A stretch of 64,000 nucleotides of DNA from Candidatus Nomurabacteria bacterium (GCA_943348815.1 CALQYT010000003.1:4679-68678), one strand, 5' to 3'; positions 18,418 through 28,477 are shown, counted from the stretch's first letter. The notes: generated by a model from the letters alone, not told the origin. A program made the numbers and translations.

Positions 18418-20505
18418 TTAAATATCTAGGTTAGCGAGCTTGGCGTTGGATTGGATAAACGATTTGCGGCTCGAGACGTCCTCGCCCATCAGGATATCAA
18501 AGATTTTATCAGCGTCTTGCGCGTCTTCAATATTGACCAACTTGAGCACGCGGTTGTCTGGGTTCATGGTCGTCTCCCACAGCTCTTCGGGGTTCATTTC
18601 GCCCAAGCCTTTGTAACGTTGGATCGAAACCTTGCTGCTTTTCTTTTTGACCTCAACTTCTTCCACACCTTTTTCTTCGTCCGCCACAGCGTTGGCGTCG
18701 GCGGGGTCATCACCCGAAAGCTCAGTCTCTATCTCGTCTTTGCCAACCTTGGCGTTTTTTTCCTCATCAGAATAGGCGTAGCTAATTTCTTTGCCTTTTT
18801 TGATTTTATACAACGGCGGTTGCGCAATAAACAGGTAGCCGCCCTCAACTACCGGACGGAAGTGCCGGAAAAAGAGTGTGAGGAGGAGCGTGCGGATGTG
18901 TGCGCCGTCTACATCGGCATCGGTCGCGATAATTATTTTGTGATAGCGGAGTTTAGAAAGATCAAACACATCGCCTATCGCGGTACCCAGCGCCAAAATA
19001 AGGTGCTTAATTTCTTGCGACATGAGCATTTTGTCCAAGCGCGCACGCTCAACGTTGAGTATCTTGCCGCGCAACGGGAGTATTGCTTGCGTGCGGCGAT
19101 CGCGGCCTTGTTTGGCCGAGCCGCCTGCGGAGTCGCCCTCTACGATAAAGATCTCCGACTCGCTTGCCTCTTTGCTTTGACAATCCGCTAGTTTGCCCGG
19201 CAGACCAAAACCCTCGAGGGCGCCTTTGCGCAGCACCGAGTCTTTGGCCGCCTTAGCCGCTTTGCGCGCCTTAAGCGCTAATACCGCCTTGCCGGCTATA
19301 AAGCGCGCGTCCTCCGGATTTTCCTCGAGCCAGGCCGAAAAGGCTTCGCTAAATACGGTTTCTACCGCGCCGCGTGCCTCAACACTGCCTAGTTTTGCCT
19401 TAGTTTGCCCTTCAAACTGGATTTCGCGCAGCTTAACCGAGACGACGGCCGACAAGCCTTCGAGTACATCCTCGCCGGTAAAGTTTTCTTCGCTTTCCTT
19501 CAGTGCGCCGGATTTGCGCGCGTAAGCGTTGAGGGTGCGCGTGAGCGAAGTCCTAAATCCGGTTACATGCGCACCGCCCTCACTCGTGTAGATATTGTTG
19601 GCAAACGGGAGCACGCGCGCGGTGATGTCGTCGACATACTGGAGTGCAATCTCCACGCCGACACCGGCCTCCTCCTTCTCTACATAAAAAATATTTTTGT
19701 GCACCGGCTTTTGGCTCCGGTTAGTAAACGAAATGAGCGAGCGCAAGCCGCCCTCGAAATAAAATGACTGCGAGGGCTCCGCGTGCAAAAGATTGCGGAT
19801 ATACAACTCTTCGCCCACTGCCGGAATTTTTACCTCGGCCTTACGGGCATCAATGATCGTGATCCGCAGTCCTTTAACCAAGTAGGCTTGCTCGCGGAGG
19901 TGCGCCACTATTTTGTCAAAGTCGTAGGTAACGCCGCCGGTAAAGATGTCAGGGTCTGCCGCAAACGAAGTCACCGTGCCGTGGAGTTTGGAGCTGCCAA
20001 GCTTTTTGACCGCGGCCTTCTTTTTGCCGAGCCCGTATTCCTGCACATACGCACTGCCTTCGCGGTGCACCTCGACCACCACCTTAGTCGAGAGCGCGTT
20101 GACTACCGCGGCACCCACACCGTGAAGACCGCCGGAGACTTTGTACCCTTCGCCGCCAAATTTACCACCAGCGTGCAGCGTGGTCATAACCGTCTCGAGT
20201 GCGCTTACTTTGGTTTGTTTGTGGACATCAACCGGGATACCGCGGCCGTTGTCGGCAACACGCACAACACTACCGGGCAAGAGTACTACCTCAATATCGT
20301 CGGCAAAGCCGCCCATTGCCTCGTCGCGTGAGTTGTCAAAAATTTCCCACACCAGGTGATGCAGGCCATCGGGGCCGGTGGTGCCGATGTACATGCCGGG
20401 GCGACGGCGTACGGCCTCGAGCCCTTCCAACACCGTAATATCGGCAGCGGAATAACTGCCCTGCCTGCCGGCAGGCAGGCTTTTTTTGTCTTTAGAGTCG
20501 GCCAT
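18418..20505 (-). CDS. gyrB: DNA gyrase subunit B
   Basis: VRRRPGMYIG, EIFDNSRDE, SGGLHGVG, VEGDSAGGS, PLRGKILN, DADVDG, QRYKGLGEM. Confidence 0.97.
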   Translation of the reverse strand: MADSKDKKSLPAGRQGSYSAADITVLEGLEAVRRRPGMYIGTTGPDGLHHLVWEIFDNSRDEAMGGFADDIEVVLLPGSVVRVADNGRGIPVDVHKQTKVSALETVMTTLHAGGKFGGEGYKVSGGLHGVGAAVVNALSTKVVVEVHREGSAYVQEYGLGKKKAAVKKLGSSKLHGTVTSFAADPDIFTGGVTYDFDKIVAHLREQAYLVKGLRITIIDARKAEVKIPAVGEELYIRNLLHAEPSQSFYFEGGLRSLISFTNRSQKPVHKNIFYVEKEEAGVGVEIALQYVDDITARVLPFANNIYTSEGGAHVTGFRTSLTRTLNAYARKSGALKESEENFTGEDVLEGLSAVVSVKLREIQFEGQTKAKLGSVEARGAVETVFSEAFSAWLEENPEDARFIAGKAVLALKARKAAKAAKDSVLRKGALEGFGLPGKLADCQSKEASESEIFIVEGDSAGGSAKQGRDRRTQAILPLRGKILNVERARLDKMLMSQEIKHLILALGTAIGDVFDLSKLRYHKIIIATDADVDGAHIRTLLLTLFFRHFRPVVEGGYLFIAQPPLYKIKKGKEISYAYSDEEKNAKVGKDEIETELSGDDPADANAVADEEKGVEEVEVKKKSSKVSIQRYKGLGEMNPEELWETTMNPDNRVLKLVNIEDAQDADKIFDILMGEDVSSRKSFIQSNAKLANLDI
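20460..20479. repeat. Perfect 20-bp palindrome inside gyrB coding sequence (encodes LPAGRQ)
   Basis: CCTGCCTGCCGGCAGGCAGG is its own reverse complement. Confidence 0.9.
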
Positions 20506-20533
20506 ATTCTTACTCCTTTATTGTACCAAAATA

Positions 20534-22333
20534 CTAGCGTATTTCAAAGCCCTTATCCACCAAAATAGCCCCTATTTTAGCCATAATTTGGTTGACTTCC
20601 ACCTCGGTTAGTGTCCTATCAAACGACTGAAAGATTATGCGGTAGGCGAGCGAAGTTTTGCCTACTTTTTCGAACCGGTCAAACAGGGTTACTTTGTGCG
20701 CCAATTCCCCTGCTGCTTGTTTAATCTGGTTCAGTACCTCGACAGGCTCGGTAGCATTTGGTACCCAAATGGCAACATCGCGCACAATATAGGGATATTG
20801 CGAAAATGGTTTAAATGGACTGAGATCATAGCGCTTTGGCTCGTACTCCTTACCGTACTCCTCAAGTTTGGCGACATTTAGATTGTCGTGCGTTGGAGTA
20901 CCCTCCCATGCAACTTCTGTCATACACAATTCCACATATTCGCCCGCTGTTGGAAATACCGAACCGACTTCAAACAATTTTGGCTTCCTGTTAGGCGGCA
21001 AGATGAGCGGCGCGTATTCTTTTGCTTTCTTGAGCGCGTCTGTAAGCCCTTCTTCAAGTGAAGTTCGCAGATACGGTCTACTCTTATCCAATGGATTTGC
21101 GAGCAAAATGTCACCCTTTTTTGCAAACGACTGTGTCGAAACCTCAATGAATCCTTGTTCGACCAATTCATCTTTCATGCGCTCGATACCGCAAAATCGC
21201 GCCTGATCCGGTGACACAGATGGTGCGGGAAGCTCTTTAGGCGCAACGCGGTCGTAGCCCAAAATACGACCCGTCTCTTCCGCGAGATCTTCGGGGATAG
21301 TTAGATCAGTACGCTCGAAGGGTGGAGTCACCGTAAATTCCTCACCATCCACTTTGGTTATAAGATTGAGGCGTTTAAATACATTGAGAATTTCTTCTTG
21401 CGAGAAATCGGAACCCAAGAGTCCGTTGATACGACTTCGGGTCGTTGTGACTGATGCAAGTTGCTTCGGGGACGGATAAAAATCCACAGCACCGATGAAT
21501 TCCCCACCCGCAATCTCTTTGAGGAGTGCAAGGATGTCGCGCATGCCATAGGCACATAGTTGTGGTGACGGGCGGTTTTGATAACGCTGGCTCGCGTCCG
21601 TAAAGAGTTTTAACTTCTGACTCGCACGGCGGATTAACGTACCATCGTAATTCCCCACCGAAAGAAAAATGTCTGTCGTAGATTCTGTTACGCCTGAATC
21701 AAGGCCGCCCTTAATACCCGCGATGTCGAGCAGTGTCCCCCCGACCGCATCAGTAAAGACAAACATATCTTCCGAAAGCTCATATGTTTCTCCGGTGAGC
21801 ACCTTAATCTTTTCTCCGGTTTTTGCGCGGCGGATAGAAATCTTCGTGACGCCATTTTCAAGTTGAATTTTGCCGAGATCGAATACGCCTGAGGGTTGTC
21901 CGATGTCGAGCAAAACATAATTCAAGATGTCTACGACATTGTTAATGGAGCGTTGACCAACCGTGGCGAGCGCGTCTTTGAGCCACTCTGGAGACGGCCC
22001 AACTTTTACACCACGGATGATAGCGCCCATATGCCTTACAACGTACGCAGGGTCAGTCTCGATAACGAGCTTGTCGGTTTCTTTAAGCGGGGTCAATGGC
22101 TCACGTAGAGGATCGTATTTTAAAGGAATACCGAGGGTAGCAGAAAGTTCATAGGCAATTCCTCGATGTGAGAGTGCATAGCCGGCCCTGTCTGGAAGCA
22201 CTTTTAGATCGAGTAGGTCTCCTTCTTGTTCCTCAACTTCAAATGCATGAAAAGTGAAGGTATCGGCAAAAACCTGCCCTTCGGGCAGCTCCTCGTTAAA
22301 GTATTTTTGTAGCCATTTACGCGAGACTTTCAT
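20534..22333 (-). CDS. pheT: Phenylalanyl-tRNA synthetase beta subunit (shortened)
   Basis: MKVSRKWL, PDRAGYALSHRGIAYE, B3/4 (INNVVDI), PFERTDL..EDLAEE, FDX-ACB (RDVA...FDRF..SLAYR). Confidence 0.96.
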   Translation of the reverse strand: MKVSRKWLQKYFNEELPEGQVFADTFTFHAFEVEEQEGDLLDLKVLPDRAGYALSHRGIAYELSATLGIPLKYDPLREPLTPLKETDKLVIETDPAYVVRHMGAIIRGVKVGPSPEWLKDALATVGQRSINNVVDILNYVLLDIGQPSGVFDLGKIQLENGVTKISIRRAKTGEKIKVLTGETYELSEDMFVFTDAVGGTLLDIAGIKGGLDSGVTESTTDIFLSVGNYDGTLIRRASQKLKLFTDASQRYQNRPSPQLCAYGMRDILALLKEIAGGEFIGAVDFYPSPKQLASVTTTRSRINGLLGSDFSQEEILNVFKRLNLITKVDGEEFTVTPPFERTDLTIPEDLAEETGRILGYDRVAPKELPAPSVSPDQARFCGIERMKDELVEQGFIEVSTQSFAKKGDILLANPLDKSRPYLRTSLEEGLTDALKKAKEYAPLILPPNRKPKLFEVGSVFPTAGEYVELCMTEVAWEGTPTHDNLNVAKLEEYGKEYEPKRYDLSPFKPFSQYPYIVRDVAIWVPNATEPVEVLNQIKQAAGELAHKVTLFDRFEKVGKTSLAYRIIFQSFDRTLTEVEVNQIMAKIGAILVDKGFEIR

Positions 22334-23085
22334 GCTGATTTTTTATAAAACGCATCGACAAAACGGGCGTCACCATTATGAAAAAGGCGCACGTCAGGAA
22401 CGCCATATTTCACCATTATCGCGCGCTCAAGACCCGGACCAAAAGCAAAGCCTGCGACCTTTTCAGGATCAAGCCCGGCATTACGAATAACATTCGGGTG
22501 GAGCATGCCCGCGCCGAACATCTCGAGCCACCGCCCTTCTTTACCCGGAGCCTCGAACCACAGATCAACTTCTACAGATGGTTCGGTAAATGGGAAGAAG
22601 CTGGGGCGAAAGCGCACTTTTGCATCAATGCCGAGAAACTCTTGATAAAACCGCACCCAGGTACCTTTAAGATGGGCAAGCGTTACGCTACCGATTGGAC
22701 CAACGGCAAAACCGTCATACTGGTGAAATTGTGCCTCATGGGTGGCATCTGTCGCCTCGTTTCGGAAAGCCTTGCCGATGCAAAGCATGCGCTTCTCCGT
22801 CTCGCCTGCTTTCGCCATCTTCTCGAGCTCGCGAATAGTGACGGCCGTAGTGTGTGTGCGCAAAACCGTGCCGGGAAAGTCTTTAACCCAGAAGGTATCC
22901 TGCATATCGCGCGCAGGGTGATCCGGGGGGACATTGAGTGCAGTAAAGTTGTACCACTCACTCTCCATTTCAGGACCATAGGCGATCCCGAACCCCATCT
23001 TGCCGAAGATAGTCGCAATATCGCGCGTAGCGACACTCATAGGGTGCAAATGCCCCTTTACATCGGCTCCCCCTTCATTGTTCAT
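22330..23085 (-). CDS. pheS: Phenylalanyl-tRNA synthetase alpha subunit (catalytic core only)
   Basis: GHLHP, HPARDMQDTF, LRTHT, FRNEATDATH, FPFTEPS, GFAFGPGLER. Confidence 0.97.
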   Translation of the reverse strand: MNNEGGADVKGHLHPMSVATRDIATIFGKMGFGIAYGPEMESEWYNFTALNVPPDHPARDMQDTFWVKDFPGTVLRTHTTAVTIRELEKMAKAGETEKRMLCIGKAFRNEATDATHEAQFHQYDGFAVGPIGSVTLAHLKGTWVRFYQEFLGIDAKVRFRPSFFPFTEPSVEVDLWFEAPGKEGRWLEMFGAGMLHPNVIRNAGLDPEKVAGFAFGPGLERAIMVKYGVPDVRLFHNGDARFVDAFYKKSA

Positions 23086-23105
23086 ACAGGGGATTATACG
23101 CTATA

Positions 23106-24350
23106 GTGGCTGTCATGGATATTGGGGCCCTTGGCCTTTATGTATGCCTGTTTGTGGCCCTCTATTTTGAGGTCTTTTTGATGATTTCTTTCCTCGAAAA
23201 GCGCCCCGAAAAAAAGACCAAAATCTTGCCCCGTCACTACCCGACGGTTTCCATGCTCGTACCCTGCTTTAACGAGGGCAAGACGCTCGCCGGCACACTC
23301 GACTCCTTGTTGGCACTTGAGTACCCCAAAGACAAGTTGGACATCGTAGTTATCGACGATGGTTCGCGCGACAATACGGCAACGATCGCACAAGAGTACG
23401 TGGCAAAGCATCCGGAGCGGATTTCTTTCTTCCAAAAACCAAATGGTGGCAAATACACCGCGCTTAACTTGGGGATAGAAAAGAGCCACGGCGAAATTTT
23501 GGGCTGCCTCGATGCCGACTCGTTTGTAGTGGCTGATGCGCTAATAGAAGCGGTCAAAAAGTTTGAGACCGACGCCTCGATTATGGCCATTACTCCGGCA
23601 ATGAAAGTGTACCGTCCGCGTACGATTTTGGAGCTGATACAGCAGGTCGAATATACGTTCGGCATCTTTTATAAAAAAATGTTCGACAACCTTTCGGCCA
23701 TCAACGTATTGCCCGGCCCCTTCTCTATTTACAAACGTGCGGTGTTTGAAAAGATAGGCAACTTCCGCCACGCCCACAATACCGAAGACATGGAGATAGC
23801 CTTCCGCATGCACGCCAACGGGCTGCGTATTGTCAATGCACACACGGCCGAGGTATACACCACCGTGCCTAAGACGATTCGCGCTCTGCTGCGCCAGCGC
23901 ACGCGCTGGTCGCAAGGATTCCTCCAAAACGCCCGCGACTATGCCTACATGTTTTTTAACCGCCGCTACGGAAATTTTGGTCTCTTAATCTTGCCGTTTT
24001 GTCTTGTCTCGATGTGCGCCGGCATATACACCGCGCTCTACGCCGCCTACCGGGTATGCTCGTTTGCAACCGCGCGAGCACTAGAGTTTTTTGCCGCGGG
24101 TGTACCGCCGCACTTCCCCGTGGCACACCTCGACTGGTTTTACGTCAACACCACCATGATGACGTTTGTCGTCGGCTCGGTACTTTCGCTCACCCTCGTT
24201 GCTATCTTGCTTGGCAGCCGGTTGTCTGAAGCGCGACTGACCTTTAAATCGTTTGTCGTCTACTTTGCGTTTTTTGGTCTGCTTGCACCGCTTTGGTTGA
24301 TGCGCGCTACCTGGGGCGCACTCCTTGCACAAGAGAGCCGTTGGCGTTAG
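23106..24350 (+). CDS. Processive GT2 glycosyltransferase (PgaC/cellulose-synthase-like)
   Basis: PCFNE, DDGS, GGK, DAD, TED, QRTRW motifs plus flanking TM helices. Confidence 0.93.
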   Translation: MAVMDIGALGLYVCLFVALYFEVFLMISFLEKRPEKKTKILPRHYPTVSMLVPCFNEGKTLAGTLDSLLALEYPKDKLDIVVIDDGSRDNTATIAQEYVAKHPERISFFQKPNGGKYTALNLGIEKSHGEILGCLDADSFVVADALIEAVKKFETDASIMAITPAMKVYRPRTILELIQQVEYTFGIFYKKMFDNLSAINVLPGPFSIYKRAVFEKIGNFRHAHNTEDMEIAFRMHANGLRIVNAHTAEVYTTVPKTIRALLRQRTRWSQGFLQNARDYAYMFFNRRYGNFGLLILPFCLVSMCAGIYTALYAAYRVCSFATARALEFFAAGVPPHFPVAHLDWFYVNTTMMTFVVGSVLSLTLVAILLGSRLSEARLTFKSFVVYFAFFGLLAPLWLMRATWGALLAQESRWR

Positions 24351-24359
24351 AGTGCTCTC

Positions 24360-25037
24360 GTGAATTATCAAAAGTATGCACTTGCGTTTGTCATTACGGC
24401 AGCCATTTTTGGCACCGCGTTTTATATTGCCAACCGGCTCGACGCTCGCCGCATTTCTGACATCCGCACCACGCAAGAGGCGGTAGCAACCGATATACTC
24501 TCGCTCGAAACCCAGTTTGACCTCTTAGGTAGCATCGACTGTGCCACACTCCCTGACACGCCTATTCTCTCCGAAGAGCTCGCTTCGCTAGCCTCGCGCC
24601 TTAGTGTGGCCGAGCAAAATTTAGGGAGTAACAATGTCGAGGTCTTGGCGCTCAAAAAACAATATACGCTGTTGGAACTAAAAGACTACGTGCTGATGCG
24701 TCAGATAACACAAAAATGCCCGAAGTTTAAACCGGTCTACGTTTTGTATTTTTATTCTAACCAAGGCGACTGCCCACAGTGCACGGCGATGGGCGACGTC
24801 CTCACCTACCTGCGACAAGAATACCCGGCGCTGCGCGTCTACTCGTTTGACTATCACCTCGACCTCTCGGCTCTGCGCACCCTACTTACCCTGCGCAAAA
24901 TCGATGCAGAAAAAGGTCTCCCTGCCTTTGCGGTCAACAATCGCGCCGCGGTCTATGGGGTTAAAGATCTCGAGGAGACCACCAAGCTGATCCCCGAACT
25001 GAAAACCCTTGCTACAAGTACTCCTTCCTCTCAGTAA
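24360..25037 (+). CDS. Membrane-anchored protein with thioredoxin-like CxxC domain
   Basis: N-terminal TM, helical region, VLYFYS..DCPQC..LRVYSFD; 9 nt after GT2. Confidence 0.75.
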   Translation: MNYQKYALAFVITAAIFGTAFYIANRLDARRISDIRTTQEAVATDILSLETQFDLLGSIDCATLPDTPILSEELASLASRLSVAEQNLGSNNVEVLALKKQYTLLELKDYVLMRQITQKCPKFKPVYVLYFYSNQGDCPQCTAMGDVLTYLRQEYPALRVYSFDYHLDLSALRTLLTLRKIDAEKGLPAFAVNNRAAVYGVKDLEETTKLIPELKTLATSTPSSQ

Positions 25038-25084
25038 CACTCACCTCTGTAGATTGCAGAGCATTCTTGCCCGCAATATCCGGA

Positions 25085-26089
25085 TTAGCCTTGCTTGCTG
25101 AGAACAAGCGCGATTTCGTCTTTGGAATCCTCATCCAGTTCAGGCAACGCTGCGGGTATACCCGCAGCGTGAGTAAAACCGTGTTCAATTTCGGTGAGGA
25201 TCACCCCATCAAGATCGTGTGGTGTGATGTTGATTCCCATAGTGGAACAGTGTTCTCTCATAAACTCTTGGCTCATATGCTGTATATATTCTTTTACAGC
25301 TTCCTCGTCTATCTCTCTTAAAAGATCCCTACTAAGCAAACCGTGTCTGCGCAGCTCCTCCATAGAAATTTCTTGGTCGTATATATCTGGATACGCCCGT
25401 ACCGCAGTCCAAAAAGTTCCCAGTTTTCTTCTATAGAGGTTTAACACGTCGTCAACTTTACCACCATCGATATTTTTGTCTTTAAAGTGCTGACGTAACG
25501 CCTCTCGATTTTCCATTTCCTTTTTCAAAACATCGCTGAGCAAATTACCTTGCTTATGGCCGCTCATTCCGCCGAGTCCGTGTTCCCAGTGCGGCATCGC
25601 TTCCATAAAAGTGTCTCGGTCATTTTTATCCATCAACCCGTTTTCTACCAAATCTTGGAATGCGCCACGCAAGGCCAATCTGGTGGCAAAAACATGAGGA
25701 AGTGGGAGGGTGGCGCCACCATGAAGAAACCGCCGCGCTAAATCAGCGTCCGCTTTAGCTTGCGGAGACCTAAAGTCCTTGCTGCGCTCATCGATTGAAA
25801 GTTTGAGGTTAGGACGAACCTCGCGATCGAATCTCGTTTCAACTGCGTGAATAAACTTTGGCCAGAATCCTTTTTTATAAATATGGGAATTCGCGTCAGT
25901 GTCTTTTTCTAAATCATCCAAAAAAACATCAACTTTTTTGCATTCATTGAAAAATTGCTCAACCGAAGAAATGCCTTCCGGTGACGCCCCTACAATCCCC
26001 CGATGGGCTTTCTTATCTGACCCAAGTGTATCGTCGTCAGGTCGGGCAAATACTGGTCTGTTTTCCTTCATATGCTCAAATAGTAGCAT
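25085..26089 (-). CDS. Hypothetical protein
   Basis: 334-aa charged ORF downstream of tRNA-Thr; no recognisable motif. Confidence 0.65.
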   Translation of the reverse strand: MLLFEHMKENRPVFARPDDDTLGSDKKAHRGIVGASPEGISSVEQFFNECKKVDVFLDDLEKDTDANSHIYKKGFWPKFIHAVETRFDREVRPNLKLSIDERSKDFRSPQAKADADLARRFLHGGATLPLPHVFATRLALRGAFQDLVENGLMDKNDRDTFMEAMPHWEHGLGGMSGHKQGNLLSDVLKKEMENREALRQHFKDKNIDGGKVDDVLNLYRRKLGTFWTAVRAYPDIYDQEISMEELRRHGLLSRDLLREIDEEAVKEYIQHMSQEFMREHCSTMGINITPHDLDGVILTEIEHGFTHAAGIPAALPELDEDSKDEIALVLSKQG

Positions 26090-26108
26090 CGCTTAAATCT
26101 TTCATTTC

Positions 26109-26184
26109 TGGAGCCAGCGCGAGGATTCGAACCCCGGACCAATCCCTTACAAAGGGACCGCTCTACCAACTGAGCTACGCTGGC
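26109..26184 (-). tRNA. tRNA-Thr(UGU)
   Basis: GCCAGCG acceptor stem, D-arm GCTC-AGTTGGTA-GAGC, anticodon loop TT-TGT-AA, TTCGAAT T-loop, encoded CCA; 76 nt. Confidence 0.97.
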
Positions 26185-26782
26185 CTAAAACACTGTATTC
26201 AGCTATCCAACTCACGATATGTTTTAACAGCACCATATCCGAATACTGCACTGATACCGTACCATATTGCGACTTCTTTTTGTAACTCCCCTTCGTATTG
26301 AGGTGGGTATGGGAACGGTAAAACTGTTTGGGGGCAATATTGAGAGTCTTGCTCCAAAATTTCTTTATTAATTCCTCATTTTGATCTTGGTAATGATGCA
26401 GTGTTACGTGTAGACGACTTTCATCAATACCACAAATTTCTCTCAAGAATCGGACAAAAAGGGTGACCATGGCGGGATCAGAATTCGCCAAAGCAACGGT
26501 ATAACCCTTCTTTGTGCCCTCTCCCCAATAAAGCATGCTACCCGCGAGTTTAAGCTTTTCTTGCTTAGTAGTAAGTTTGGTAGCTAAAACAAATTCTTTC
26601 TTTTTGAACTTAGTGATATGGATATAGCGGACTGCTTCGCTAATACTTCTTTTTTGAACTTTGTATTTCTTAAGAACCCAACGGACGCGAGACGGATTAA
26701 CTTTGAGACGAAGAGCTATTTGTGTTTCAGAGAGTTTAGAAACCTTATATAGATCAACTATCTTTTTTTCCTCTTTATCCAC
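26147..26782 (-). CDS. HTH + LAGLIDADG-like endonuclease-family protein overlapping tRNA-Thr
   Basis: N-term HTH (LSETQIALRL.V...VRWVL), LAGSMLYWGEG, ANSDP..FVRFL, KFWS..L, YGT; visibly AT-rich. Confidence 0.75.
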   Translation of the reverse strand: MDKEEKKIVDLYKVSKLSETQIALRLKVNPSRVRWVLKKYKVQKRSISEAVRYIHITKFKKKEFVLATKLTTKQEKLKLAGSMLYWGEGTKKGYTVALANSDPAMVTLFVRFLREICGIDESRLHVTLHHYQDQNEELIKKFWSKTLNIAPKQFYRSHTHLNTKGSYKKKSQYGTVSVQYSDMVLLKHIVSWIAEYSVLGQRSSVGRAVPL

Positions 26783-26836
26783 TCATCAATTATAGTAGAC
26801 TGCCTATCTTAAAACAATTGGTCTGCTGTTGATAAA

Positions 26837-27241
26837 CTAATCCTCATAAATAGCGCCCTGCTCGCCATTTTGGAGGGCTTTTTTGTGTTCGGCAACCTCG
26901 CGCAAAAACTCTGAAGGCTGCTCGCCGCGCGGGGCCGAGGTGCTGTGGCGCAACAAGTGGAGCGTCCGCTCCAACAAACGCTCGGCATACAGCACCAAGA
27001 GCGCTACGAGGCGCAAGACAAACGCAAAGATGCGACGGTACCAATAGTGCACGGCACGACGCACGAGCGCGGGCAAGTGCCGCTCGACCGCCACTGCCGC
27101 TGAGCCCAAAAAGGCTCCGACATGCGGGCGACTCTGTGAGAGCAACATTTTGCCGGTCGTAAGCTCCCAGCGCTTAATGCTGAGCAGTGCCACCAGCCCC
27201 ACAATAGAAATACCAAGCAATACGACAAGGAAGATAACCAT
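26837..27241 (-). CDS. Hypothetical membrane protein
   Basis: N-terminal TM; co-oriented downstream of tsf. Confidence 0.65.
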   Translation of the reverse strand: MVIFLVVLLGISIVGLVALLSIKRWELTTGKMLLSQSRPHVGAFLGSAAVAVERHLPALVRRAVHYWYRRIFAFVLRLVALLVLYAERLLERTLHLLRHSTSAPRGEQPSEFLREVAEHKKALQNGEQGAIYED

Positions 27242-27278
27242 ACGTATAAGTATCAGGTATCAGGTGACAAGTATCAAG

Positions 27279-27734
27279 TTAACGCACAGAAAAGCAGCTC
27301 ATCTGGGTTATTTCAACACGCTCACCAAACTTTTGCGTCGCAGCAGCAATAAGGTCGGCAACGGTCTTAGACGGATCTTTAATGAAGGCTTGCCCCATCA
27401 ACTCCTCTACATTTTGCGGGCGCATCGCGGCAACATGCATAGCAATATCGCGTGCGAGCGTCGCAAAGTCCTCGTGTTTAGAAACAAAGTCGGTCTCGGA
27501 CTGGAGCAGTACAAGCGCGCCCACTTGGCCGGTGTTGTGCGTGTAGGCCGCAACGGTGCCGGCACCCAGCGCACGGTCAGCCTTTTTGCCGACCGACGCT
27601 TGCGCGCGAGCACTCAGCACCTCGAGCGCTTTTTGCAAGTCACCGTTGGCCTCGGTAAGCGCTTTTTTGCACTCCGCAAACGAAACGCCGGTGCGCTCGC
27701 GCAGCTCTTTGACCTGCTCGGAAGTAATATCCAT
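27279..27734 (-). CDS. tsf: Elongation factor Ts (short form)
   Basis: VKELRERTG..ECKKAL, SETDFV, IAMHVAA, GERVEI; follows rpsB. Confidence 0.95.
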   Translation of the reverse strand: MDITSEQVKELRERTGVSFAECKKALTEANGDLQKALEVLSARAQASVGKKADRALGAGTVAAYTHNTGQVGALVLLQSETDFVSKHEDFATLARDIAMHVAAMRPQNVEELMGQAFIKDPSKTVADLIAAATQKFGERVEITQMSCFSVR

Positions 27735-27746
27735 GTGCGTATGTTA

Positions 27747-28439
27747 CTACGCTACCGGGAGAGACTCCAGGTAACTCTTAGTAAGTTGATCGAGTACAAA
27801 CGAGATGGTTTCGCGCGAGGAGTCATTGCACGGTATCGGATACGCGATTTTTGTGCGGTCACAGTCGGAGTTCATAAGCGAGATAACGGGGATACCCAAC
27901 TGCACCGCCTCGGCAACCGCACCGGATTCTTTGCGCGGGTCTACCACGAGGAGTGCGTCGGGGAGTTTGGTCATGCCGCGCAAACCGCCAAACATGAGTT
28001 CGAGATCGGCAATCTCTTTATCAATGAGGCTGCGTTCGCGTTTGGTAAATTTGGCCAGCTCGCCCTTCTCGCGCATCGAGGAAAGTTCCTCAAGCCGCGC
28101 CAAACGTTTTTTGATTTCAGAAAAGTTGGTGAGCGACCCGCCGATCCAGCGGCCTGCACAGTACGGATGGCCAAGCACCCCGGCCGCGCGGCGGACGCTC
28201 TCGCGTGCCTGCGGTTGACCACCTACAAAGAGGATAGTTTTGCGCTCGGCAGCCAACGATTTGACGTACGCGACGGCCGCATCAAGGAGCGCCGCTACTT
28301 GCTCGAGATCAAACAGCTCTACCCCACCCTTTTGTCCAAAAATGTAGCGGGAGGTCGACGGATGACGGCGCGACGGTATAAGCCCAAAGTGTGCTCCGGC
28401 GGCAAAAAGCTTTTCGATGATTGGATTTTGTTCAGCCAT
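27747..28439 (-). CDS. rpsB: 30S ribosomal protein S2
   Basis: AGAHFG, RWIGGSLTNF, LPDALLVVDP, IPCND. Confidence 0.97.
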   Translation of the reverse strand: MAEQNPIIEKLFAAGAHFGLIPSRRHPSTSRYIFGQKGGVELFDLEQVAALLDAAVAYVKSLAAERKTILFVGGQPQARESVRRAAGVLGHPYCAGRWIGGSLTNFSEIKKRLARLEELSSMREKGELAKFTKRERSLIDKEIADLELMFGGLRGMTKLPDALLVVDPRKESGAVAEAVQLGIPVISLMNSDCDRTKIAYPIPCNDSSRETISFVLDQLTKSYLESLPVA

Positions 28440-28477
28440 ATCAAAAAGGGCGCGAGCCCTTTAGTAGCAAGAGAATA

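Noticed and set aside
25040-26184. Integrated element at tRNA-Thr
   Set aside because: No integrase and no duplicated tRNA 3' end seen by eye in the window.
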